The position numbers and the translations under genes were made by a program. A stretch of DNA of 60,487 bases, filler included. It is 6 parts of 6 records of this genome, joined end to end, with 100 filler letters (N's around TTAATTAATTAA, not from the genome) between each part and the next. Parts side by side here need not be neighbours in the genome. Positions count along the whole stretch, not along the records: positions 1 to 23,965 come from DRR723986_26517; 5 more parts are not named here. One strand, given 5' to 3'. How positions within the stretch are numbered: the stretch's first letter is position 1; each line of letters opens with the position of its first letter. Under the pieces are notes generated by a model. It saw only the letters and a list, made by a program, of their open reading frames with translations, made no database searches and was not told the DNA's origin. Positions 9,742-22,300 of this stretch are shown here, piece by piece.

Positions 9742-10176
9742 TTACCCCAACCAAGCTGACCAAGGAATTCTGCTGAGAATCAACACCAATCCAATGGCAT
9801 ACATCATGTAGATACTTCTAAATCTACCTCGTGATGCTCCTGGTTTTTTAGCACGGATATAGCCAATTGAGATAACCATGATAGCAATGATATTAATCAA
9901 GGGATGCTCCAAAGCAAGTAATCTCGCTGCTGGATCAGACATCGCCGAACCTGATTTAAGCATTTCCAATCCTAGTGGGCTTAAAAAATATAAAATCAAC
10001 CCTACCAATAACTGGATATGGGAAAGTATAAAAGCAATTAAACCGATTTTTCGGTCTTTCTCTGAGAATTCCCGATTGGAAAGCGAACCGATCAGCATGT
10101 AAATAATGACTACTACCAAAGCAAGCAAAGCGAGGTAGGCGATTCCTGAATGAAGATGTTGTATTCCTGTGTACAT
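9742..10176 (-). CDS. Four-TM membrane protein with His-bearing helices (Bacteroidota type often labelled cytochrome b-like)
   Basis: Four hydrophobic helices; HLHS, SHIQLLVG, EHP, SRIPW motifs. Confidence 0.7.
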   Translation of the reverse strand: MYTGIQHLHSGIAYLALLALVVVIIYMLIGSLSNREFSEKDRKIGLIAFILSHIQLLVGLILYFLSPLGLEMLKSGSAMSDPAARLLALEHPLINIIAIMVISIGYIRAKKPGASRGRFRSIYMMYAIGLVLILSRIPWSAWLG

Positions 10177-10230
10177 AGTAAGTTAAATTGACTGAACGAA
10201 AATAGGGTAAAAGCCGATAGAATCCCCGAA

Positions 10231-11412
10231 TTACTCAACAAAAAGCACCAAGCCTTTTAGGTATTCCGTTTCTGGATGGAAAATATTAATTGGGTGATCT
10301 GCTGGCTGAGTTACTTGATGAAGTACTTTTACTTGTCTGCCACATTCCAATGCCGCGGCTGTGACGGTATTACGGAAAAGTGCTTTGTCCACCACCTGAC
10401 TACAGGAGAAAGTAAAGAGGATTCCACCGGATTTTATTTTCTTCAATGCTTCAGCATTTAGACGCTTATAGGCTTGCACCGCATTATGTCTGGCTTTCAG
10501 ATTTTTGGCAAAGGCAGGTGGATCCAGCACAATCACATCGTAATCATCACCGATTTCACGGATGTATTTGACTACATCAGCCACCTTCGATTCATGCTTT
10601 CCTTTGATTTCCGGATTGAGTTGAATGTTCTCTTCAGTGAGTTCTATTGCTTTTGGAGAAATATCTACTGAGTGTACTTCTGCAGCTCCTTCCATCAAGG
10701 CTAAAACAGAAAATCCTCCCGAATAGCAGAAAGTATTCAGAACTTTTTTACCTGTGGAATAGGAGGCAAGCAACTTTCTGTTTTCCCGCTGATCTATAAA
10801 AAAGCCAGTCTTTTGCCCTTTTTCCCAATCGATTTTATAAGTCGCTCCATACTCCTGAACCAAGTCGGTTTTTGTTTCGCCCAGCACCCATTCATTGGAA
10901 GTGATGCCGAGATTCTTAGGAAGCGTTTCCGCACTTTTATCATAAACACCTGAGATCACATCTCCATAGGCATTCTTTATCGCTTGAGCGATTTCCTTCA
11001 AATGCGCATGCATTCCGATTTGATGCGCTTGAATAACTGCAGTTCCGTTGTAGAAATCTACAATCAAACCTGGTAGCAAATCTCCTTCTCCATGTACTAA
11101 TCTATACACGTTAGTTTCTTCATTCTCAGTAAGTCCTAGGCTTTTTCGTAAAGAAAGAGCTGAAGCAATTTTCTCATTCCAAAACTCCTGATCGATTTCT
11201 CTTTCCTCAAAGGAAATAATTCGAACCATGATAGAACCTTCAGCAAAATGTCCTATTCCTAAAAACTCATCTTTGGAAGAGTATACTGCTACTAATTGTC
11301 CATTTTCTAGGTTTGCGTCTTTCTGGAAAATAGCGCCTGAAAACACCCAATGATGGCGTCTTTTCAGAGAAATCTCTTTTCCGTGTTTGAGGATGATTTT
11401 AGGATAGTTCAT
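10231..11412 (-). CDS. rlmI: 23S rRNA m5C1962 methyltransferase RlmI family
   Basis: PUA domain HHWVFSGAI, HGEGDLLPGL, GQKTGFFIDQREN, FCYSGGF, LDPPAF, SCS. Confidence 0.85.
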   Translation of the reverse strand: MNYPKIILKHGKEISLKRRHHWVFSGAIFQKDANLENGQLVAVYSSKDEFLGIGHFAEGSIMVRIISFEEREIDQEFWNEKIASALSLRKSLGLTENEETNVYRLVHGEGDLLPGLIVDFYNGTAVIQAHQIGMHAHLKEIAQAIKNAYGDVISGVYDKSAETLPKNLGITSNEWVLGETKTDLVQEYGATYKIDWEKGQKTGFFIDQRENRKLLASYSTGKKVLNTFCYSGGFSVLALMEGAAEVHSVDISPKAIELTEENIQLNPEIKGKHESKVADVVKYIREIGDDYDVIVLDPPAFAKNLKARHNAVQAYKRLNAEALKKIKSGGILFTFSCSQVVDKALFRNTVTAAALECGRQVKVLHQVTQPADHPINIFHPETEYLKGLVLFVE

Positions 11413-12796
11413 ACGATACTTCAGTTTTGTTGGGGAAAAGCAAGCTTCCAGCCATCATAGCGATGGCACTGGCAAGCAGTCCGTAAATGTGAGAAGAAAT
11501 TTCGGGCTCAAAATTGTCAATAATCAAATAGGTGAGCATACCTATGATCATGGATAAGATGGCTCCGACTTTGGAAGACTTTTTCCAATATAACCCCGTC
11601 GTCAAAGGGATGAATAGAGAAACCAAAAGGAGAATAGATGCTCCCGCTACGAGCTCATAGATATTTGAATCTTGCAGAGCCATTACCACGGAGACAACAG
11701 TCACCGCTAGTACACTGCATCTTAAAATCCAAAGTAGATGTCTATCCGTAAGTTTGCCCTTGAAAAGTGGCTTGATTAGGTTTTCTGAAATCAAGGCTGC
11801 AGGCGCCAAGACTCCTGAACTTGCTGTACTCATAATCGCAGAGATTAATGCTCCAAAAAAGATAATATGCACAGGTAATCCTCCATGAGCCAAAACCATG
11901 GAAGGCAGCAGCATTTGCTGGTTTTCTAAATAGAGTTCTGGGTAAAGAGCCTTTGCGCCTAGCGCAATGAAGAGGGGCAGAAGACCGAAGGTGAGGTAAA
12001 AACCACCAGCCAAATAAGTTGATTGAACGGCAACCTTTTCAGATTTGGACGACATCACCCGCTGGTAAATGTCCTGACTTGGAATACTTCCCAATCCGAG
12101 AATAATCCACGCCCCGAAATAATTGATCCATGAATTAAATCCTGGATCAGGAAAGAACTGGAAACTTTCTGCAGGAGCAGAATCTAAGATAACAGCAACT
12201 CCTCCAGCTTCGCGGGTTACTAAGACTGAAACTACTATTAGACCCAACACTATCATCAAAGTCTGAATAAAGTCAGTGATGGAAATAGCCCACATGCCAC
12301 CAAGGAAAGTATAGATTAAGACAATACTTGCTGCGATTAAGATACCTTCAGTCAAGGTCAATCCCGTGACAGTGCTCAGGATTAGACTTAATGCCACCAA
12401 TTGGGCTGCTACATATCCAAAGAAAACTGGAACCATAAACACCGTGGACAGGAATTCCACTTGTTTTCCATAGATTTTCTTAAATACATCACCAATAGTA
12501 AGCACTCCCATACGATACATGGGACGTAGGTAAAACATGCCAAAAAGCACCAAGCATAGTGCTCCTCCGAAAGGATCTTCTATCACCCCTTGAAGTCCTT
12601 CATCCAAGTAAACAGATGAGGCTCCAAAGATAGTCTCTGATCCAAACCAGGTGGCAAAGAGTGCAGAAGCAGAAAGAAATAAAGGGAGCGAACGACCTGC
12701 CAAAACAAAGTCATTCGATCCCTTTACGAATTTTGAAGCCCAAGCTCCGATGGCGATTGTGATCGCCAGATATAATATGATTGCAGTGAGTAGCAA
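11399..12796 (-). CDS. Sodium:solute symporter (SSS) family transporter
   Basis: About 13 TM segments; DFVLAGRSL, ATWFGSET, GGMWAISITD, QDIYQRV, SAIMSTAS. Confidence 0.88.
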   Translation of the reverse strand: MLLTAIILYLAITIAIGAWASKFVKGSNDFVLAGRSLPLFLSASALFATWFGSETIFGASSVYLDEGLQGVIEDPFGGALCLVLFGMFYLRPMYRMGVLTIGDVFKKIYGKQVEFLSTVFMVPVFFGYVAAQLVALSLILSTVTGLTLTEGILIAASIVLIYTFLGGMWAISITDFIQTLMIVLGLIVVSVLVTREAGGVAVILDSAPAESFQFFPDPGFNSWINYFGAWIILGLGSIPSQDIYQRVMSSKSEKVAVQSTYLAGGFYLTFGLLPLFIALGAKALYPELYLENQQMLLPSMVLAHGGLPVHIIFFGALISAIMSTASSGVLAPAALISENLIKPLFKGKLTDRHLLWILRCSVLAVTVVSVVMALQDSNIYELVAGASILLLVSLFIPLTTGLYWKKSSKVGAILSMIIGMLTYLIIDNFEPEISSHIYGLLASAIAMMAGSLLFPNKTEVSYELS

Positions 12797-12806
12797 CTAA
12801 GTGAGC

Positions 12807-14513
<1,707 letters not shown>

Positions 14514-14593
14514 CTAGAAGCTTTGTATCACTGGAGATGCTTAATTCTTAGCAGTTGCCTATATTGGATTTTTAATATGCCCCTTTAATCCCT

Positions 14594-17500
14594 ATGGAGA
14601 AACTTTACCGAGTAGTGTATTTTGTGTTTTGCCTGCAATTTTTTGCTTTTCTTTCGCATGCACAGATCTCTACTGTAGGTAAGGAATTTTGGGTTGGCTA
14701 TATGGAAAACAATCGGATTTTACCGGGAGCTACGGATAGAGCGATGTTGGAGATTACTGCCGTGGAAGCTGCTGATATTACGATAGAATACCTTGGAAAT
14801 ACGCGCTCCGAATCTCTAAATGAAGGTGAGCGTTTTACTTTAATTGTTGATTCTCAGGATATAGATGTCTTTCATCGGAGATCTGGAAGTGTGGAGAATA
14901 AAGGGATTTTCATCACTTCTACAGGAGATTTATCTGTCTATGCATTCAATGAGCGGGTGAGAAGCGCTGATGGAACAGTAGTTCTACCAGTAAGTGCTTT
15001 GGGTAAAGATTACTTGATTACCTCACACTTTGAGCGCCTCACTTATCCAGTGGAATATGATGGTAATATTAATAATGAAAGCTTGATGCTGGTAATTGCC
15101 ACTGAGGATGATACGGAGATTGAAATTACCAGAAGTAATAATTCTGCACCGTTTACTCAAATTCTGAATCGGGGGCAAAGTTACCAGATCAAGGAGAGAT
15201 TTGACCTTACAGGAACCCGTGTGCGGGTAATCGGCGATGATGCCAACTCCTGTAAGAAAATTGCAGTTTTCGGAGGGAATAAATGGACTTCAGTGGGGAA
15301 CTGTGGTGGAGCCAATGATAACTTATTTCAACAGGCCTACCCTGTGACTACCTGGGGGCAATCTTATATCCATGTAGCCTTGGAAGGTAGGACCTCAGGT
15401 GAATTAGTGAAGGTATTGGCCTCTGAAGATGATACGGAAGTACTTGTCAATGGAAATAGCAGAGGCAGCATAGATGCAACTGAATTTTTAACCTTGGAAT
15501 TTGCTCCTGATGAGTCTGTTTCCATTACTACATCCAAGCCTTCCTCAGTGACTGTGCTGGCGAAAAGTCAGGGTTGTAATCAAGTCAATCAACCGCTATA
15601 CGATCAGGGTGATCCTTTTATGATTACTTATAGTCCTAATGAGCAACTTCTTAAGAGTGTTAAATTTTCTGCTCTATCCCTTCAGTCTATTCAAGACCAT
15701 TATGTGAATATCGTCGTCCCTGCTGGTGCGCAAAACCAAACAATTTTGGATGGAAGAAATATTGGTGCTTCATTTTCTGTGGTTCCAGGCAATACCTCTT
15801 TTTATTACGCTCGAATCCGGATTTTTCAAGGGGTTCATCAGTTGACAAATCCTGAAGGTTTTATTGCCTATGTGTATGGTTTCGGCTATTTGGAATCTTA
15901 TGGATATGCGGTAGGGGCAGCTTTGGATAACCTCAATTTTGAAATACTAGCTGATTATGAGTTTGATGTGCTGGGAGAAAGAATAGCCTGCCTAGAGCAG
16001 GAAGGAACCTGGAGTATTGAGCCGGAAAATGAAGCTTTTACTTATTTCACTTGGGATTTTGGAGATGGCTCGGTGCTGAAGGAAGGTCAAGAAGTGACGC
16101 ACACCTTCACTGAAGCAGGAGTTTACGAAGTTACGGTAACGGCTTCAATCAGCCCGAATACCTGTGATCAGCAGGAGGAGGAAACATTTGAAGTGGAAGT
16201 GCTCGGTACTCAAGCTGAGTTAGTAGGAGCTAATTCTGTTTGCCCTGAGGTTGAGGAATTAATTTATAAGCTCAGTTCTCAGGATAATATTGGTTCTGTG
16301 ACTTTTGAAGTATTAGGAGGCACAGTTGTTCAAAATTATGGTGATTCTGTATTAGTTAATTGGGGGCCTTCAAATCCCAATGCTTCAATCACTGCTAATC
16401 CAATCAGTACCAACGGTTGTGTGCTAAAACCTATTTCATTAGATGTGCTCATTAATGTTGAATTGGATGCAGAAGAGCCTATTGGTAATTTGGATGTTTG
16501 TTTTGATCCCCTAACTACTCACTTTTATGCTGCCCCAAACTCATCTAGTAGCAGAGGTTATGAATGGCTGGTAACCGGAGGAGTAATCGTATCTGGAGTA
16601 AATGAAAGTACCGTTGAAATCAGTTGGAATGAGCCTGGGATTATTGGAACTGTGAGCTATTTGACCTACAGTTTGGTCGATCAATCCTGTGAGGGTACCT
16701 CTGATCCGGTAGAAGTAAAGGTAGAAGAGGAGTTCCTCTTGACGGTCTCGAGCATAGAAGACGTCAAGTGCTTTGGTGAATCCAATGGGCAAATAGTTTT
16801 GGAAATAACAGGAGGCGTTGCACCATTTAATTTTACATGGTCTCATGACCCAACTTTAAATGCTTCCAGCGCAGAAGATTTGCCTGTTGGCATTTATACG
16901 GTTACAGTCACAGATCAATTAGGCTGTGAAAGAATGCTGGAAAATTTGGAAATCAAAGAACCACCCTTGCTGGAATTGGTTTCTTTTGATGTAGGCGGAG
17001 TGAGCTGTTATGGTAAAAAGGATGGCATATTGAACTTAAATGTAAGAGGCGGGACAGGGCCATATACCATAAATCTGGAGGATGGCTTTGAATTCACAGG
17101 TAGCTTGAATTTGGTAGATGTAGCTCAAGGAATTTATGAGCTTACTGTTTCTGATATTAATGGATGTACTGTTCCTCTTAATTTTGAAATCAGTTCACCT
17201 CTTGCTTTAGAAGTGGATGTGAGATTGACCAAGCCAGCATGTCCAGGAGGTAGCAATGGAGAGCTGTTTGCATTTCCGACAGGAGGAAAGGCGCCTTATA
17301 TTTATTATTGGGATGAGGAAAATGGGGCTAGTAATTCTTTGACTGGGTTGGCCAAAGGAAATTATTCTATTTCAGTACTTGATGCTTCGGGCTGTGTAAG
17401 TCTGGGAACTGGAATAGTGACAGAAAAAGCTCCTGAAGTGAGGATGCCGACTGGTTTCAATCCCCAAAAAGATGGGGGGATTTTTCAAGGTGTTTCTAAT

Positions 17501-17698
17501 TGTGAGATTAATTTTAATCTCTGGATCTATAATCGCTGGGGCCAACTTATTTACGCTGGGACAGAAGGCTGGAATGGTTTGGTAGCGGGAGAAAATGCTG
17601 TCCCGGGTAGTTACACATTCCTGATGCAGTATAGCTTTCCACTGGAAGACGAAATGCAAACAGTTGAAAAACGAGGAGCATTTGTTCTGATAAGATGA
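14594..17698 (+). CDS. T9SS type-B CTD surface protein: IgGFc-binding N-terminal domain, PKD domain, SprB-like repeats
   Basis: Signal peptide; DGTVVLPVSALGKDY (IgGFc-binding), FTWDFGDG (PKD), CFGESNG/GGxxPY...GC repeats, MPTGFNP...IYNRWGQ...WNG C-terminal domain. Confidence 0.82.
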   Translation: MEKLYRVVYFVFCLQFFAFLSHAQISTVGKEFWVGYMENNRILPGATDRAMLEITAVEAADITIEYLGNTRSESLNEGERFTLIVDSQDIDVFHRRSGSVENKGIFITSTGDLSVYAFNERVRSADGTVVLPVSALGKDYLITSHFERLTYPVEYDGNINNESLMLVIATEDDTEIEITRSNNSAPFTQILNRGQSYQIKERFDLTGTRVRVIGDDANSCKKIAVFGGNKWTSVGNCGGANDNLFQQAYPVTTWGQSYIHVALEGRTSGELVKVLASEDDTEVLVNGNSRGSIDATEFLTLEFAPDESVSITTSKPSSVTVLAKSQGCNQVNQPLYDQGDPFMITYSPNEQLLKSVKFSALSLQSIQDHYVNIVVPAGAQNQTILDGRNIGASFSVVPGNTSFYYARIRIFQGVHQLTNPEGFIAYVYGFGYLESYGYAVGAALDNLNFEILADYEFDVLGERIACLEQEGTWSIEPENEAFTYFTWDFGDGSVLKEGQEVTHTFTEAGVYEVTVTASISPNTCDQQEEETFEVEVLGTQAELVGANSVCPEVEELIYKLSSQDNIGSVTFEVLGGTVVQNYGDSVLVNWGPSNPNASITANPISTNGCVLKPISLDVLINVELDAEEPIGNLDVCFDPLTTHFYAAPNSSSSRGYEWLVTGGVIVSGVNESTVEISWNEPGIIGTVSYLTYSLVDQSCEGTSDPVEVKVEEEFLLTVSSIEDVKCFGESNGQIVLEITGGVAPFNFTWSHDPTLNASSAEDLPVGIYTVTVTDQLGCERMLENLEIKEPPLLELVSFDVGGVSCYGKKDGILNLNVRGGTGPYTINLEDGFEFTGSLNLVDVAQGIYELTVSDINGCTVPLNFEISSPLALEVDVRLTKPACPGGSNGELFAFPTGGKAPYIYYWDEENGASNSLTGLAKGNYSISVLDASGCVSLGTGIVTEKAPEVRMPTGFNPQKDGGIFQGVSNCEINFNLWIYNRWGQLIYAGTEGWNGLVAGENAVPGSYTFLMQYSFPLEDEMQTVEKRGAFVLIR

Positions 17699-17837
17699 TT
17701 GGCGTTAGCTACGGTAGGATCTTTTGTCAACTTTTTAAGCAGTAATCTCGATGGCTTCTTTACCCAAAACTAATCCGAAAAGAATTCTATAATCCATCCT
17801 TTTGGATAGTTTTGTACCTGCAAACTTTTAAACTAGA

Positions 17838-18845
17838 ATGAAAAATATTTTAATAACAGGTGGGGCTGGTTATATAGGTTCACACACAGCGGTTCAATTG
17901 ATAGAAGCTGGTTTCAACCCAATTATCATCGATGATCTTTCAAATTCTGAGGAAAAGGTCCTCGATAGATTAGAGGAAATCACTGGCAGAAAACTTACGT
18001 TTTATAAGGGTGACTGTAGTGATCGTGTCCTTTTGGATAAGATCTCTTCAGAACACCAACTAGCAGGAGTTATTCATTTTGCAGCTTTCAAAGCGGTGGG
18101 AGAAAGTACCTTGCAGCCATTGAAATATTATCAGAATAACTTAGGTTCCTTACTGACAATCCTTGATTTCATGAAGGAAAAGGGAATTAAAGACTTGGTT
18201 TTTTCTTCCTCATGCACGGTCTATGGACAACCGGATATATTGCCTGTGACAGAAGCTACACCTAGACAAGATGCTGAAAGCCCCTATGGAAATACGAAGA
18301 AGATTTGTGAGGATATTTTGGTGGACCTAGTGAAAAGCCAAGCTGGAATTCGAGTGATTTCTTTGCGATATTTCAACCCAGTTGGAGCGCACCCAAGCGG
18401 CAAAATAGGAGAGCTTCCTATCGGAACACCGGCTAATTTGGTTCCTTTTGTGACACAAACTGCTGCTGGAATTCGAGAGAAGCTAACAGTTTTTGGTGAT
18501 GATTACGATACGATTGATGGCTCATGCGTGCGAGATTTTATTCATGTGATGGATTTGGCAGATGCACATGTGAAAGCATTGGCGTACTTGGGTGAGCAAC
18601 AAGATGATTTCTACGATGTGTTTAACGTGGGAACTGGAAACGGAAATACTGTTTTGGAAGTCATTACCACTTTTGAAAAAGTAAATGAGGTCAAAGTGAA
18701 CTATGTGATCGGAGCAAGAAGAGCAGGTGATATAGTGAAGATATGGGCGGATACTGCAAAAATCAATTCTGTGTTGAACTGGTACCCAAGTTATTCCCTC
18801 GAAGATTCTCTTAGAGATAGCTGGAACTGGCAGAAGACCTTATAA
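17838..18845 (+). CDS. galE: UDP-glucose 4-epimerase
   Basis: TGGAGYIGSHT, HFAAFKAVGES, YGNTK, LRYFNPVGAH, RDFIHVMDLA; TAGTTTTG -7 element at 17807-17814. Confidence 0.95.
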   Translation: MKNILITGGAGYIGSHTAVQLIEAGFNPIIIDDLSNSEEKVLDRLEEITGRKLTFYKGDCSDRVLLDKISSEHQLAGVIHFAAFKAVGESTLQPLKYYQNNLGSLLTILDFMKEKGIKDLVFSSSCTVYGQPDILPVTEATPRQDAESPYGNTKKICEDILVDLVKSQAGIRVISLRYFNPVGAHPSGKIGELPIGTPANLVPFVTQTAAGIREKLTVFGDDYDTIDGSCVRDFIHVMDLADAHVKALAYLGEQQDDFYDVFNVGTGNGNTVLEVITTFEKVNEVKVNYVIGARRAGDIVKIWADTAKINSVLNWYPSYSLEDSLRDSWNWQKTL

Positions 18846-18891
18846 TCTATGCGGTATTAATCACGCGTATAAATGCTATAACTAAATAACT

Positions 18892-18932
18892 AAACTCTCT
18901 TTAAAGTAAATTTTATTTTAAGGAGAGTTTTT
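18892..18932 (+). terminator. Intrinsic terminator after galE
   Basis: AAACTCTCTTTAAA...TTTAAGGAGAGTTT followed by T run. Confidence 0.6.
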
Positions 18933-19361
18933 CGGTTATAGGGGAAAGGTAAGAGTGAAAAGCTTTAATCTTTGTATGATAAACATTTACAGAGGGTGAT
19001 CAGGTGGGATAGAGGAGCGTGTTTGAAGTACTTAGACAGAAGTAAGGTTTTTGATTCTATATCCTTTTATTTTTATTGTTCTGAAACTGTCATAATTTGA
19101 CAGAAATTTAAATCAAACGAGTAGAGTTTAGCTTAAAATTCAGAGAAAGCCCAGATGTATATTTCCATTATCGTACCACAAAAAGATTAAAAGAAATCTG
19201 GGAATGTTAGACGAAGGGAACAAACTAATTCACTTTCCTGATAGTTCACCAAAAATAGATATCGCGACTTTCACGTGTAGTGCTTCAATTTGAAGAATGC
19301 ATCAGGCTTGTTAATGTCTGATGGTGCCTGAGTGGAAAAGTCTGAAAATTATAATTTAGTT

Positions 19362-22300
19362 ATGAATAATAATTCCAAGAAAGGATATAATAAGTCAAAT
19401 CAATTAACGGTTCATAGCTATCAAAACCTTGACCCTGTACAGGATGTGTCATTGTATAGGATTTGCCAGCTGAGTGCAATTGTGACAGGTGCTTCCCAGG
19501 CGCTTATTTTAATTGAAGGGACAGGATTACTTGGGTTCAAAGCGGAAACTGGCATTAGCATAGAAAATAGAGAACTTACCACTTTTTTTAAAAATCAAAC
19601 ACTAGAAAGTAATACGCTTGTTAGCTGTACTGATGTGTCGGAGAGTTCTCTATCGGATGATCTTCGGAAGGCTTTTGAGTCCCATAATATTAATTCTTAT
19701 GTAGGTTTACCCTTAATTTCCGATAAAGATGGATGGGTTGGATGTTTGTTTATTTTTGATTCAGCAGCTATTCACCTAGATACAAAGACTAAAACAGCGC
19801 TCGAATTACTTGCTAGTGAAGCTGTCATCATTATTCAGGAAAGGCAGTTGATTGCAGATTTTAGTAATGTGGAGAAGTTATTTAACCTGTCAAATGATTT
19901 GGTTTGTATAGCTGGTACAGATGGTTTTTTCAAAAAAATCAATCCCTCTTTTACTAGTTTACTCGGTTGGGACAATGAGACGCTTCTTACTCGATCGTTT
20001 TTTGAATTAATACATCCGGAAGATATTGCTAAGTCTAAGGAGGAGCTAGAAAAACTAGCCTCCGGAGAATCTTCAATTGAGTTTTCCCATAGGTTTCTAT
20101 GTAAGGATGGTACCTATAAGGTACTTTCATGGGTTTCCACCCCAGACCCTCTTACCGGAAATGTCTTTAGTATAGCTAGAGATACCACTGATTCTCAGGC
20201 CAAGGAGCAACAATTGGCAAAAAGTGAAGGAAGATTACGGGCGTTTTTTGAAAACTCCCAAGGGCTGATGTGTACACATAATTTGAAAGGTGTATTTATC
20301 TCGGTGAATGAAGCAGGTGCACAAAAAATTGGTTATTCTGCTGATGAGTTGATAGGGAAAAGTCTATATGATATTGTACCAAGCTACCGTCACGAATTGA
20401 TAGATCAATATCTTTTTGTGGTTCAAAAAGAGGGGAAAGCCAGTGGGCAAATGATCACTCAGCATAAGGATGGCTCAGAGCTGATTTGGTTGTTCAATAA
20501 CGTTTTGGAAACTGATCAATTTGGTGTTGGGGATTATGTAATCGGAAATGCAATAGATATCACCAAGCGTGTAAAGCTGGAAGAAGAGCTGTCTCATGCC
20601 CGAAAACTACTCGAAGAAACTGGGAAAGTGGCAAGGGTAGGAGGATGGAATCTAGACATTAAAGAGCAGACTTTAAGCTGGACACCCACTACGAAGCTAA
20701 TTCATGAAGTGGAGGAGGATTTTGAGCCTGATGTGAAGACAGGTATCAATTTTTATAAAGAGGGAGAAAGTAGAGATACTATCACAGCTGCTTTACATAG
20801 GGCTATGACTATGGGAGAGCCTTGGGACCTGGAGTTGCAGCTTGTTACCAGCAAAGGAAATGAACTTTGGGTACGGGCAATAGGTCAAGCGGAATTTGAA
20901 AAAGGTGAATGTATACGAATATTTGGAACTTTCCAGGATATAGATGAGAGTAAGCGTGCTCAGATAGATTTAGAGCAGACTAGAAAAGTTCTGGATGATG
21001 TGATCAATGCCTCCTCTGAAGTTTGTGTGATTGCCACAGACATGGCGGGATTTATAACAGTTTTTAATGTTGGAGCAGAAAAAATGCTAGGTTATTCTGC
21101 CAAGGAAATGGTAGGGAAGGAAAAGCCAAGTTTGCTTTATAAGCAGGAAGAAGTCGAAGCCTTCAAGGCAGAGTTGGAGCTTGATTTTGCAAGAGAAATA
21201 AATCCACGTGAAATTTTTACAGCAAGGGCTGATCGTGACGGAGTAGAACAACGAGACTGGACATTTGTAACTAAAACCGGGGAAGAAAAAGTTGTGTCAT
21301 TGGTGGTTTCTCCAATGAAGGATTTGGATGGGAAATCAATCGGCTACCTAGGTATAGCCATAGATATTACCGAGAAAAGCAAGATAGAAAATGACCTAAT
21401 CACTGAAAAAAGCAGACTTAATGCATTTGTGAAACACACGCCAGCTGCTGTGGCGATGTTGGATAAGGATTTGATTTACATTGCTGCAAGTAATCAGTGG
21501 AAGAAGGATTATTACCTGAAAGGAAAGGATATCGAAGGTAAATACCATTATGATCTATTTCCACAAATAGATAGCGCCGGAAGAGCACGTGATCAGCGTG
21601 TTTTAAACGGTGCAGTCGAGCGAAAGGAAGAGGATGTGATCAGAATGCCAGGTGACACAGAGGATCGCTATGTGACCTGGGAAATGAGGCCTTGGTACCT
21701 TCACGATGGGCAAGTAGGTGGTATTATGCTTTTCACCCAAGACATTACTAACCTAGTTAATCAGCGGGAAGAATTGAAAAAGGCTAAAATACAAGCTGAG
21801 GAAGCGAGTGTCGCCAAGTCAGAATTTCTAGCCAATATGAGTCATGAGATCAGAACGCCATTAAACGGCGTAATAGGTTTTACTGACTTGGTTCTAAAAA
21901 CAAATCTGAACGAAACCCAGCATCAATATTTATCCATCGTAAACCAATCAGGAAATGCGCTATTGAGCATTATCAATGATATTCTTGATTTTTCCAAAAT
22001 TGAAGCCGGTCGCTTGGAGCTCGATATAGAAAAGTGTGACCTGTACGAAATCAGTTCTCAAGCAACAGATATTATTACTTATCAGATTCAGAATAAAGGC
22101 CTGGAGATGCTATTGAATGTGGCAACCGACTTGCCAAGATTTGTCCACACAGATTCCGTGCGGTTGAAACAAATTTTGGTAAATCTATTGGGCAACGCAT
22201 CCAAGTTTACGGAAAAGGGAGAGATAGAATTGAAGATTGAAATCCTGGAATCTGAAGGTGAATATTATAGAATGCGCTTTGCTGTACGCGACACTGGTAT

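Noticed and set aside
18933-19361. Riboswitch in the kinase leader
   Set aside because: No recognisable aptamer consensus (c-di-GMP, TPP, cobalamin, SAM) found
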